DNA of 64,000 bases from Lingula anatina (Eukaryota > Animalia > Brachiopoda). The position numbers were made by a program, and so were the translations under genes. The DNA is taken from the NCBI GenBank assembly GCA_051362555.1, contig CM120645.1, positions 19,406,001 through 19,470,000 on the forward strand. Reading direction: 5' to 3'. Numbering within the stretch: the first letter of the stretch is position 1; each line of letters opens with the position of its first letter. The notes below the pieces were generated by a model that worked only from the letters and a program-made list of their open reading frames with translations, was not told where the DNA came from and searched no databases. Shown one piece after another: positions 29,024 through 40,306 of this stretch.

Positions 29024-31884
29024 GACATATTTCCCTACGTTTAGATACACAATGTATACAATTTTGAAGCACCTAATTAGATGGAAAAAGAACAAGGAAA
29101 AATAGATTAAAGACCATGGATGCCCAGTGTCTTATCAGGCCTGCTGTAATATTGCTGGAAACTGAAACTCCTTCTTGAAAATTAGCAGCAATAAAATTTT
29201 TCTTTCAAACTCATGCAAACTTGTTGCCACAAACTAAATATTGCTGCAATATTTGCTGAAAATTTTCCATTTTGTTAAGGGATATATTTTGCATATTATA
29301 GCTATAGTTCTGAATTTGTTTGGATTACACAATGTTCAAAATTACTCTAGATCACATTTCTGGATACAGCTCTTTGATAAGTAAAATAACTTAAGTTGGT
29401 TTTGGGAGATATTGGTTAAATATTGATTCCATCAAAAAATAAATTTTGATGAGATATTTTTGCATTAATAATTCACTCACTATGCCTTTTTATTAGCCAC
29501 AATATGTTTGCAATAAAACAAGGATCAAACACATCTATCCATGAATAAAATCAGAAGTATTTTTCACTTAAAATATATTTTTATTTAAGCCAAACCAGCC
29601 CATTCAAATATCTGTTCAATTTAATGGATTTCTAACAATTTTCTGGAAAGATCCATCACTGAACAAATTTAGGTTTTGAGGCAGCCAAGACCAAATAACA
29701 CAACACATCCCTCCACAAACGAATCATCATTAGAAATGGTAGTTTGAATTCAAATTGAGCAAAAAAGAAATAGCATGTGATTTATTACACTTAAAGAAGG
29801 TATCATTTACAGCAACGGTTGTGCTTCAAATTGGTTATTTTTCAGCTCTTTTTCTACCACTTTGCCAGGCACTTAGCCCTCGATTTAAATGTAAGAGCAA
29901 ATAAAGCAACTGGATATCTTTAAGTGGAGGTAAATAATCATCAAGAGCTTGAATCCCCAAATACTGTCACATATTGTGCTAACAATTTGAAAGAAATAAA
30001 CAGCATTTCAAGATACTGTGCCATTTCATGTCAAGAACCCCATTAAGACAATCTTTAGTAACCTAAGAGCCATCTCTCATTGCAACAGATGGCAGATTTG
30101 TTTTGTAGGGGTCAAAGATTGACATATTCTGTGTACTTCCCAAAAATTGTTTATGACACCCTTTTTGGGGAATGTCAATTAGGGATTTTTTAAAATGCTA
30201 CTCCATGTTACAGATTGGTACTTGAAGGAAATTTCTCACTTTTTATTGGAACAAAATTTCTTCCCTAAAATGTTCTGACAGTATTTTCTTTAATTATACA
30301 ATTCCAAATTTCTGAATAGCTATGTTTAATTAGTACACGTTTGTTAGATGATTAACTCCAAAAAATGTTTTGTAAAAGAAGAGTGCTCAATAACATGACA
30401 TTTAAATATATTAGTAAAATACTGAGTATTATTCAAGATTAAAGTTAATTCCTTCATGGATCCTGGAGAGGATGTCTTGTGAGCAGTTTACTTCTGTGAG
30501 GAAAAGCAATGTTCTTATAATAGTTATAATACATTGACAGGAAAGGGAAAACTTCATTCTATTTATGATTCAGAAGTTAAAAATGACAGACACTGTAAAA
30601 TATCTCTCAACATTAATCTGTGAAGATATTATGCAAATTTAAGAAAAAAATCCTTGTTTTACTACTGGCATCCATCTTATATATATATATATTTTACTGA
30701 AAATCAAGAACTCACAAAAAGCTGACACAGCCCGTTCCTTTGGGTGGGGCCATCCACATGAATGACAAATTTTGCTGAGGCATGCGACTGAGATGCGAAT
30801 GTATCATAGAGCACATGTAGTTCACCCCTTGGTGAGGCCCCCCACTTCCACTAATGGCCGCCATAGGAGAAGTCAGTGGCGACACATGCGCACCGGATGC
30901 TGTCGTGTATAATCCGGTGAGGAGAAAGCCATCAAAGTCGGAGCTGGATCTGATATACACTAGGAATAAATAAATAATAATGGTAATTGCTTGTGTCAAC
31001 AGTAAACTTTACTGATACAGAAAATTACAAACTTGCAATTAGCAAGTCTCCACTGGGAAATAACAAATTGCACTTATCGACTTGAGCTGTCTAGTAGGAG
31101 CCATAATTTTGTTTAAGGGCCATTCTTATCCAAAATAGAAAGATATTGTCATTTGGTTTCATTATACCATAACCTTTAAAGTTCAAATTTGCCACTAAAT
31201 TGGTGGCCTAAAACAAACTTCTTAGTCAAGATTCATGTAGTAATCTTTAAGACCTAGCAAATATTTTAGTTCTTCTATAACAAGCAATACAATATATTTG
31301 TCATATGTAATCCATATTGTACTTTAAAGTGCTTTCAGTTCTTTACAGTCTACAATTATCAATTACAAAATACAATTACATATTTAAATACTGTCTTTTT
31401 ATAACAAGCAAAACAGTATATCTTTTGTAACCCATAGTTACAAAGCACTATAAAGTCTACAGATGAAAATTGACACATTTAATACTTAATAAATCATTAT
31501 CTGATTATAAAGCTGGAGTTCCTCCAGTGTAACTTTTGTTTCAGCAAAATATTTCACTTCACCTAATCTGTGATAAGTGAGACCACAGTTATTTCCTAAC
31601 ACTAAGCAATATATCAGGAACATTTGTTGAAAATGTTAACACTCATGCAAAATGAGCCAGGAGAGCCAGATCTCACCTCCATACAACTGCCCTGGTGTAT
31701 AAAACTGTGGGTTGCCTTCGATGGAGACACTTATGGCAACCTCTCCTTGCTCAGGTCCTACCGCTTCCTGTTGACGATGATAGTTACATAGGAAGAAGAA
31801 CGGAGAGAGAAATGGCAGCCTCCCCTGAGAATCGCACGACTGAAGAGTCAGTAGCAGCAATGTGAGCACTTGTACATGTGACAT
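1..31884 (-). CDS. RELN: Reelin (5' part: signal peptide, reeler domain, repeats 1-4 and start of repeat 5; gene continues beyond position 1)
   Basis: Exons in transcript order: 31677-31884, 30716-30959, 28852-28922, 27169-27274, 26830-26978, 26532-26631, 25441-25681, 25098-25243, 24420-24571, 23817-23932, 23276-23481, 22813-22941, 22417-22526, 22021-22084, 21491-21584, 20851-20993, 20186-20347, 17804-18040, 17234-17414, 16782-16900, 16284-16421, 15593-15779, 11757-11965, 10909-11068, 10474-10641, 10009-10223, 5560-5708, 4933-5140, 4386-4630, 3811-3993, 3010-3283, 2449-2589, 1725-1899, 867-1066, 632-708, 299-458, 1-50 (partial). All junctions are GT-AG with consistent phases (5917 nt, ~1970 aa). 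The N-terminus [10 protein letters not shown]...[32 protein letters not shown] and [19 protein letters not shown] match the Reelin reeler domain. Asp-box motifs ([27 protein letters not shown]), RFRWWQ...WAIDD motifs and four EGF motifs ([44 protein letters not shown]) are present. Confidence 0.96.
6975..7935 (-). pseudogene. Degenerate Tc1 (DD34E) transposase inside the long-TIR element
   Basis: Minus-strand frames give the [32 protein letters not shown], then [14 protein letters not shown] (first D), [19 protein letters not shown] (second D), [14 protein letters not shown] (E) and a C-terminal [11 protein letters not shown]. Multiple stops and frameshifts. Confidence 0.88.
8561..8810. mobile_element. 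Short MITE (CAGTGGCGGAT...ATCCGCCTCTG) nested in the long-TIR element
   Basis: 11-bp TIR with one mismatch. Flanks CTCACC / CTCATC look like a 6-bp TSD with one mismatch. Internal G- and C-runs. Confidence 0.7.
11504..11675. mobile_element. Degenerate short MITE (CAGGC...GCCTG) with internal G/C runs
   Basis: Imperfect TIR CAGGCCCATAACC / GGCTACCCGCCTG and a duplicated GGGAAAAGGTCCACT inside. TSD unclear. Confidence 0.5.
12430..12473 (-). terminator. Poly(A) signal of the nested FReD gene
   Basis: AATAAA on the minus strand at 12473-12468, followed ~20 nt downstream by a GU-rich element (ATGTTTGTGTTTTCTTT), ~440 nt after the stop codon. Confidence 0.65.
12913..15021 (-). CDS. Secreted fibrinogen-related protein (angiopoietin-like/FGL2-like: signal peptide, coiled coil, C-terminal FBG domain), 342 aa, nested in Reelin intron 22
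   Basis: Exons 14737-15021 (ends phase 0), 14126-14225 ([33 protein letters not shown], ends phase 1) and 12913-13556. Total 1029 nt, open. The N-terminal QCTYTLTVP...C motif is typical of angiopoietin/ANGPTL proteins. FBG motifs: [59 protein letters not shown]. Confidence 0.93.
14438..14604. mobile_element. MITE CAGGGGCGGAT...ATCCGCCCCTG with 6-bp TSD
   Basis: Perfect 11-bp TIR, with AGAGAT duplicated at 14432-14437 and 14605-14610. The 5' end recurs as a fragment at ~39287-39318. Confidence 0.85.
15071..15078 (-). promoter_or_regulatory. TATA box of the nested FReD gene
   Basis: TATAAAAG on the minus strand, 50 nt upstream of the ATG at 15021. Confidence 0.6.
18348..18955 (+). repeat. Local duplication: ~200-bp segment (18348-18548 vs 18757-18955) separated by a copy of the adjacent element's 3' end (18598-18707 vs 19766-19888)
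   Basis: Direct repeats read by eye: ATGGTCATCATGG...CTTGAAAATGCCAA twice and GCCAAAAAGTAAAACTGCCTTCCACTTATCGTG...GTACAGACACATCTGT twice. Confidence 0.85.
18952..19902 (+). mobile_element. Helentron-type non-autonomous element (HINE/pearl-like) with internal ~159-bp tandem repeats
   Basis: Begins AACAAGA. It has ~2.5 core repeats starting at ~19350, ~19509 and ~19667, then a (GGCGAC)n microsatellite, then a perfect 14-bp hairpin TATGTACAGACACA-TC-TGTGTCTGTACATA followed by an A-run. This matches the layout known for bivalve pearl/CvA-like elements. Confidence 0.72.
20149..20175. repeat. (GA)n microsatellite
   Basis: Direct reading. Confidence 0.9.
26043..26360. mobile_element. MITE with ~65-bp TIRs in Reelin intron 6
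   Basis: TAAACATGAAAATTCTCAGACACAAGCCTAAAATTTTCTGTACCGTTAGCTTACGGCCAACCTGG (26043-26107) pairs with ~26296-26360 with 2 mismatches. The terminal TA may be a TSD. Confidence 0.85.
28260..28425. mobile_element. MITE CAGGGGCGTAACCAG...CTGGTTACGCCCCTG with 5-bp TSD
   Basis: Perfect 15-bp TIR, with GTAAG duplicated at 28255-28259 and 28426-28430. Internal GTGCGTACAATTTT occurs twice. Confidence 0.85.
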
Positions 31885-32481
31885 CGTGCCCGATTTTACG
31901 CCTGGAATGAACCATTAACAACGTCAAATGCTTGTCCCTGTTTTTGTGACATAAAACTCAGGAAACTTAATTTCAGAACACATCAGTTGTAAGTCAGCCA
32001 AATAATCTCTTTTAAAAATCAGCACTTAAAAGACCTGAACAATGGGGAATAGTTTCCTAGATGAATAAATAAACATATCTAATTGTTTTAAAACATTGCA
32101 GAGTTTGGGGAGGAATAATATTTTAGTTGCAAGAGGCATCTTTCAGCTTCTGTAGTTTCAGGTTTTGAAAACATACCAGTGGTATTTTGTCAACAAACAA
32201 TCTAGGTGTCATCTACTACTGTGGTTTCCACTTCACTAAAAGTAATTGCAGTTGTAAATCTGGGTTCAGGACAAACTATATGACTTTTACCAAAAGAAAA
32301 AAAAACATTTGGCAAATAAAAACAAAAAAATTCACATCATCTTGTTACATTTTGGAAAGTGCCAAATAACTTCATATCCGTGCTTCTAAAACTAAATCAA
32401 TGACATTTCCTCTATTAACTGGCAGATTCTTATTGCTACTTTGAAAAGTATAAAAAAAATAACTTCTTATCTGACACTTAC

Positions 32482-32585
32482 TTTTTCAAGCTTTCACGTT
32501 CCTCAGATAAAAAAAGTTTCCTTCTCTTTCCCCTCACTGCTGGAGCGTATGCTGCAGGAAACTTGGGTCCCATTTCCTTTTATGA
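32482..32585 (-). promoter_or_regulatory. Candidate Reelin 5' non-coding exon and core promoter
   Basis: An acceptor-like TTCCAG lies 17 nt upstream of the Reelin ATG (exon start 31901). A strong donor AAAAA|GTAAGT is at 32481 and a TATA-like CATAAAAG at ~32577-32584. Confidence 0.35.
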
Positions 32586-33441
32586 TTCCTTTTTCATAAT
32601 GCTTTTTTTTTCCCTTAGACACCAAATTCCAAATAGCAAGGACTTCAGTGTGAAATTTCAAGCCTGTTTCTTCCAAACACAGCAATATGGGACTCTTCTA
32701 CGATAAGTAATTTCAAATCTCATAATACAGTTCACAGTTATGTACTTCTAATATATGGCCAAAAAATATGGATTTCTAATCATGATTTAATGATGATAAA
32801 AATGCTGGGGCCAAATCTTTTACAAGAATGCCACATTCAATGATGTCAAATTATCAAAATGATCACATAGAGACAAATTTATCTATCAAGGCAACCTTTC
32901 TACTTCATTTCAGTGCTTTTAATAGGCATCTCTTCACTTCACTTGGAAGGATCTCAAAAATCAAAACTTTAAAAATTCAATTTCGGTGATAAATAGTGAA
33001 GTGGAGCCACTCAAGATAGACAGATTGAAAATGTCACTATCAGTTCCAGAAAATAAACCAGAGAGTAAAGTTTATAAACATTGCACTAAATCACAAACAA
33101 CACAATGTTTAAACCACCTTAAAGGCATTTCTGTGTTCTACCCATAAACAGTGACAGTGTTTTCCTCTCTTGTACGACAGCTTTAAGACAACTTTCTCTA
33201 GTATTGTTTACCAACTGGACTTGCCAGTAGCTCATGACTGTTACCAGGTGGGAGGGGTATACTGATTACACCCTAAAACATAGTTTAAGTTATTTTGGAC
33301 ACTGATTAATTACATCTATTCTTCAAATGCCACTCTGGCCCTGGTGAATACACAGTAAATCACACATTTCAGGAAGCAACATGTATACAAGCTTCATGGT
33401 AAGAAAAAAAGAAAAAAAACTTGATACAAGAAAATAAAGAC

Positions 33442-33447
33442 TTTATT
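33442..33447 (-). terminator. Candidate ORC5 poly(A) signal
   Basis: AATAAA on the minus strand followed by a U-rich tract, ~1.45 kb after the ORC5 stop. Confidence 0.45.
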
Positions 33448-34319
33448 ACACAGTTTCTGATAGCAGAACCCTGCTGTGAGTTCACTTCTTATCAGTGTAA
33501 CATGGCACAAAGAGATGTAACTTTACAGCTGTTTGCCCCATTTCTCAGCAACCGATAAGGAAAATCATCCCAAAGTTCAAATTACTTTCATATGTGTGCA
33601 TGTGTGTCTGCATATATCTAAAATTTAGATCATTTTCATGTCTGTGTATGTATTCGATGTATGTTATGCTTATGTCAGTATTTACAACAGCCAGCACATT
33701 CACAGAAACCCGCAACTGAACTCACAACTCAATCATTCAAAACACCCGAATCCCAATGTTTTCAAGATCAAAATTTTAATATTTTCTTACAAAAATAAAG
33801 CACATCCAGCCATTGTCATTTCACCTTACTCAGTAGTTAATGATTTTGACTTTAATTTTTTTTTTAATAAAGTTTTAACATTTTACTCATGGGGCAGTAA
33901 GTCATATTACAAAATTTATGTTATCAGTGATTGAAAAAATTGCTTCCAGGTTTACTGGAATGAGAATATTAAGTAAGGAGTTGTGCCTCCTACAAACACA
34001 ATCCTATGTATCTCAACCACTGCAATGTGTGAACAGCAATAATGCAACATTTTTCACAGCCACTTTAAAGGCCAAACATTGTTAATTCTTTAAAATCTTC
34101 TAATGATGGCCAAACCTTTTTTGAAATACATGCGTTTCAATGTTTAATTGATATTATTTCCAGATGAGGATGGCAGTCAGCCCAATCACAAAGTCACCCT
34201 CTTCACTCCCTTACACATGTTGCATGCCCCATTTTATAACCATTGGTACAAGTAGCAACTGATTTTATGTTTAACTTTAAATCCCCACAATTATTGCAAA
34301 ACAGTACCATTTAAGGTTG

Positions 34320-34795
34320 GTAATACTTGCTGCTGCCTCTCCATCCCATAACAGTATCTCTGGAAGATCTTGTTTGACAGTGATGGGCTTAACAGAGACA
34401 AATTCACATTTAAGTTTGGTCATTACTGTAGAGTTTTTTATCTTGTGATTGATCACATAAGTATTGTACATATGCACAAGAGATTTGGAATAAACCAGTA
34501 GTAAAAAGATACAATTACTTGCTGCCTCTCTTAACATATCCCATAGGCCATAATAGTCCTCTCTTGTCTGACAATGACACGCTAGCAGAAAAACATTCAC
34601 CAGAGCAGAATTAATACCGGCATCTATGTGTTTAGTCTTTCTAAAACAAGACAATATACTTGCTTCTGCCTCTCTATCCAATAGTTATATCTTCCCGTCA
34701 TAGACAAGCTCAATAGAAAAATATCAATATTTAATATTGAAAATCTCCTCTTCAGTAGGTATAAAACAAGACAATACTTGCTGATGCATCCCTAC
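34320..34795. repeat. Degenerate dispersed repeat (ATACTTGCTGCTGCCTCTC...ATCCC core, 4 copies) in the probable ORC5 3' UTR
   Basis: Cores at ~34322, ~34514, ~34655 and ~34772. The last two share AAAACAAGACAATA. Confidence 0.55.
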
Positions 34796-34903
34796 ATATG
34801 AGAACAGTACATTCCTATCTGATAGGTCAGGAGATCTTCCCTGCTGATGGTTACTTGTTTTCCTGTTGATTTCCCAAGTTTCTCCAATCACAATTATGTA
34901 GTT

Positions 34904-36755
34904 TCATACAAAATCATACAAGTACTGTACTATATCAAACTGAACAGTCCTGGAAAATAAGAAACAAAAGTCCTTAGATATTTGTTTTTATGCCTAGAAA
35001 ACATACTTTTAAGATCACCATTGAAAATTACAAAAAGACCACACATGAAGGAGTGTATCTCAAAAACCTGTAAGAATTTCACTGTAAGTTCTGAATCAAC
35101 TATGAAAAATGTTTTTATCAATTCGTAAAAGTGCAAAAAACATTAAGAAATATTTCATTAAGACGCATTGATTTTAACAGTTTATCAAGTGTCACAATGC
35201 AAACATCTTTTTCTTTCTACAAAAAAAAATATCATAACCTTTGCATGTCTAGATCATATAGAATGAAAAAGGATCAAAAGTTGAACAGATACTATATCCT
35301 ACATTTTTACTAAATTGTAGCAATAAGATGACATTCAGACAAGGGACATGAAAATGAAAATGTGAAGACCCCGTGTAAAGTACCCACCTCGCCACTTGTT
35401 TAATGAAGTCCAGAGACACCAGACACTTATACTTGGGTCCCTCCAGCTGGTCACTGCTGCCCACCTGGGCCAGGAGCTGTAATGTCACCAGAGACGTCAC
35501 CTAGAACAAAACAACAGCATGGACTTTTACAATATTTTCTTTTTTGGGACATAAAGACTGAAGGTACTGGAATATTATTGGACACTAACCTTTGACAACA
35601 ATGTTTCTTGATTACTATGAGATGTTGGCCTTTGTGACAATGTTTCCAGATTACAAAATGGAATGTTGACCTTTGATGACAATATTTCCAGATTGTAATA
35701 AGACATTGACCTTAAATGACAATGTTTCCAAAATATAATGACGCTAACCATTTTTGCTCATTTAAAATAATATACTGACTATTTCTGACGAAGTTTCCGG
35801 ATAACAACAAGATAAATACAAAACAATTTTTCTTGAAAGGAAAAATACTCACTCTAATACAGAGGTAAGTATTAATGTGTTGGCATTCTACCACAAACAA
35901 GGGTGCAAAACCTCCTACCTGAGAGAATATGTTGGCAGTAGGAACTACTCTACCCTCTATAATTGAGTGAAAGATAGCCATCAGCCGATCCAATGGAAAT
36001 GGCTTTGGCCCCAAGAGCTGGTTACTTGTCTGAAAGGGAAGATGTGTGTATCATTTTCACTTGTGAGTTGCAAAATATTATTTTTTATTTCAACCCTCTC
36101 AAAATAAAAGAATATTTTAAAAAATATTATGGATGGAAACATAAAAAGCTTAATGTGCCTCCCCTTTGAGCTTCACTCACATTTTAAGTAGTTCATATAA
36201 ATAAACTTAGAGCCGATTACTTGTCTGCAGGAAAGAATTCATTCCTGACGTGAAAAATTACCTTATGTTGATTTTATATATATAATAAAACACTTTTTAA
36301 TATTATTATTGGGGGAAAATCATTCAAAATAATAAAAAAATGTCTAAATTCTATTAAATGCAACAAAAGTAGAGAAATGCCCTCCAGGATATTTTCCATA
36401 CAGTTCAACTCACCCTTTCATGTTTCTTGACTGCTCGGTTAGATTTTCTTTGTTTTCCACAGTTCTGAAATGTGAAATAAACGATTTACCTTTCTTTTTT
36501 TACAGATTTGTGAAACCACTTTCTAAACTGGAAATGCATTACACCACAATGTCATAATAAAGAATTGTCCTTCATTCATAAAATCAAATATATGAGTGAA
36601 TCTTTCTGTTCCAAAACTGAGGAAGTTTTTTCCATAGGGTTCTTCCTGACCATAATCATGCTGTTTAAGAGACCAGGATATTATCAACTAAAAAGTCATT
36701 TTTCTACATAACTATATGACAATCAATCAGAAAGATTCCCCAGTGTTTTTCTGTA

Positions 36756-36800
<45 letters not shown>

Positions 36801-38891
36801 ATGTAAAAATACATTTATATATATAATAAAGCATTGGGCTTCCAAACCTTAGTAAAGAACCTTCTGTCAGACTTGGCAGGGTTGTAGGAGGCGAGGTAAG
36901 CAGCCACCAGGAGATACTTGGAGTAAAATGGCAGCTCCACATTAGACCTGGCCACATGAAGGGGGATGGGGCCACCAGCAGCACCCATACCCTTCTCCCC
37001 CTCCTCATCCTCCATCAACTTCTGCTGCATGGACTCCCACTGCTTGCTGGAATGTACGGAATTTAGGTCACTTATTTTTTGTCAATTCTGGAGGTAGGAC
37101 ATCCACTCTTTCTTCAAACTATGATTATTACACCAAAACATGCATTTATCAATGTATAATAAATGTCCTAATTTTCTTTTCCGATAACTTGTGCTTATAT
37201 AACAAAGGCAAGTTGCATCTCTTTAAATTAATTACTCCCAACCCCTATAAGTTAAAGCCAGAAAACATTACCTGGAGACCTCCCTGAGATAGACTGTTTG
37301 CAGAGCTTTCTTTAAGAATGGTTCAATGTGCTTCCAGAGTTTCCTGGACTCAGACATTGTGGCTGAAAACAGATTTATTTCCATAAGAGCCAGTTCTATA
37401 ATTTGACTGATTGGTCATATTCCTAATTTTTCAAAAGTTTCTTATTAGACAGCATTAAATTCAATATTTTTCAAATTTCATATCCGATTTTTTTTTTAAT
37501 TTTGAAATCTACTTTGCATTCTTTTAAAATATCAAGGATACTAAAAGACCAAACAAAACAAACATGGCAAAATTTTTGTTTATTTGAATAATAAGTGAAA
37601 AAAAAACATATATGCAAGATTTTTTTTAAGTAAAGATTTTATTTTATCAAAATCAGAACCTCTTATCTTTAAATTACTTACCATCCCCTGACTTGATGGG
37701 TTCCACATATAAAGGGAAGTTTAACTGTGCCTGAAATGATAATAATGTTATCTATGAATTTTACAATAGCTTACTAAAGTAAGTTAACTTTAAATTAACT
37801 TTAAAAAATAGAGTATATAAACTGACTTATGAAAAAATGTAAACAGCAATTCAGAAAAGAAAATATACACCAATCACTATATGCAATAACATCACATATT
37901 CTAAAAAAAAGGGAAAAAGTCAATAAAAAATCCATTTAATAAATAAGGAGTCCCCAAATTCAGCTGAGTTTTTATTTTACTTCTGTTTTGCCCAAAAAAA
38001 ATGCAAAAAAAACTTCACCTGAATTTGCCAGGAACTGACTGAGATATCTTGTCCACAAACAGAGACACAAACCAATCAACCAACCAATGCAGACAAAAAC
38101 ATAACCTCTTTTGTTAGGGAAAAATATAAGAGGAAAGCCGACCATACTTACCAGGTGCCTGAGTTCAGCCAGATTTCTACAGGCTAGGTAGAACACACTG
38201 AGGACCAGGGTGATGTAGGACTTGTAGAAAGTGACAGGGTAGTCCTCAGGACTGTCCAGAGCCATGATCTCCAGGAGTTCCTCTACAAGGGGGGAAATTG
38301 ATCAAAGTAATGATTGGATTGTGCAAGAAAGGTAAAGGTTAACAATAATTATCTTTATGTTATCTGTTTCATAAAATTAAAAATTCTCCAATTGTAAAAT
38401 ATCTTTTTGGTAGTTATAATTACTGTAACATGGGTAACATGAAGAAACAGGACTCTGAAAAATACAACTATGTCATTCAATCTTGACAAAACATTATCTA
38501 TGTTTGAACAACTATTACACACAACTATTTATATTTGAAATTTCATACCTTTTGTGTAGTCCTGAAAGTAGATAGGAAAGGGGTCTACCATTCCTGTTCC
38601 TCCCCAGAATTTCTCCCACACTATTTCTGTGATCAAGATCACACTAACTTTGCACTTTGTCTGAAAAAGAAATAATAACATAATATTAAAGAATAAGCAA
38701 GAGCAGAAAGCAAATTTTGTTAAGATAAATTACTTAAAAACACTTCCTCGGTTACATGGCTCGATTACATAGCCTGAAATTCTGTTGGAATACAATTAGA
38801 TTTTAGAAAATTGCAGTATGTTTAAAAATCAACCTTTCATAAATAAAGATTTACTGTAATATATTAATTTCTCTTCGGTCATTTTATATAC

Positions 38892-38943
<52 letters not shown>

Positions 38944-40306
38944 CACACACAATGATCTGAACTATGATGCAGATACGGGTAAGGTTTCCTAAAATGTCTC
39001 AAGTAAATGACAATATTTCACACCAATGTCACACACTAAACAGGGAACAACACGGGAACACACACGCACACACACACACACAGACACACACACACACACA
39101 CACAACCTTTACATCCTCTTTATATATAACCTAACTTACCAACTCCTGAAGCTTCAGCAATGCTGGCAGGACATTACCTTCCATATCTCTGAGCCTTTCA
39201 GCCTTGTCTAATACCTGAAAAATACCATTTTTCCACACACTTACTGACAGTAATCTTTTGTTAATTTTCTTTCTATGGGGAATTCTCAGGGGTGGATTTA
39301 GGCCGTCTTCTGGGTCTTGAAAAGTGGCATTCTTATTGTCCCCCAATTAATTAATTACTATCAGCCTGAAACCATAATATTCTCCATACACTTGTTGATA
39401 TGTAGCTTGTGATCAATTAGCTTTTTTATATGAAATTGTTTTTAAAATGTGACATTCACAATACTTCCAAATACACCCAAAAATAAACTTGATTACTGAA
39501 AACAGAAAAATTACTGTTGACATTTTACAGAGCTTATTTTACATAATTTTGTATTTGTAATCTCACTATCCAGAGCTGCCATGTTTCAAAATTACTACCC
39601 CAGATAACTGACAAGAAACTTGTTATTTACAATGTAAAATGGATCATCCACCAGCGTTTCCTGTAACCCATGCGTCAGTGCTCTGACAAAGTCATTCATG
39701 TTGTCACACCTGTGGGTCACGCTGAAGTCATTGGCTGGACAAGGGCCGTCCCCTAAGAGAGCATTCAGGATCTCCTCATATAAAAGTTTGGCTGAGTAAC
39801 ATTCCACACAATTCACTAGTACATGAGGGAGCTAGAGGAGAAAAGATATTAATTATCAGCTAACATAGTAAAAATAAAACATATATTGTCCAAATGTCAT
39901 TATTTGTACACAAGCAATACATTATGAAAGCTATGTTATCTACTCTTATGCCTGCATTTGCTACTTTCACATAAGTTCCAGCTGATGCCAAAGAATGAAA
40001 CCTGAACCAAAGGATTTGTTTGAAATAAATGATAATTTGATTTATAAGTTGACACATTATACTGAATCTGCTGTACTGAATATTGTTTGAACTGTATAAA
40101 TACTAGTAATTATCCGTGACTGTCCATACTTTCATTATTTTCATCGTCTGGTTGACCACCAGCGACTTCCCAGTTGCTGTCACCCCATATACAAACACAG
40201 CTGGATATGGATGAGGAGGACTACACAATGACAACAGTAAATCTATCTGCCCCTTTCTTCCAGGTATCAGCTCATACAGCTGCTCTTTGGCTGTAGCAAC
40301 ATCCAT
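34904..40306 (-). CDS. ORC5: Origin recognition complex subunit 5, 451 aa, 12 exons
   Basis: Exons 40130-40306, 39631-39831, 39140-39214, 38549-38660, 38152-38282, 37682-37730, 37272-37362, 36848-37046, 36414-36464, 35919-36029, 35388-35500, 34904-34949 (1356 nt, phases consistent). Motifs: Walker [67 protein letters not shown], and C-terminus [15 protein letters not shown]. Confidence 0.97.
35580..35750. repeat. ~41-bp minisatellite, ~4 copies, in ORC5 intron 10
   Basis: Repeated GACCTTTGATGACAATGTTTCCAGATT-like unit. Confidence 0.75.
38891..39103. repeat. Two (CA)n microsatellites in ORC5 intron 3
   Basis: 38891-38950 and ~39058-39103. Confidence 0.9.

Noticed and set aside
34277-34681. 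134-aa minus-strand ORF downstream of ORC5
   Set aside because: Lies in degenerate repeats of the probable 3' UTR, has a non-ATG start and no recognisable domain.
19350-35750. Tandem arrays (19350-19745, 35580-35750) as CRISPR-like arrays
   Set aside because: Eukaryotic intronic context, no unique spacers and no cas genes.
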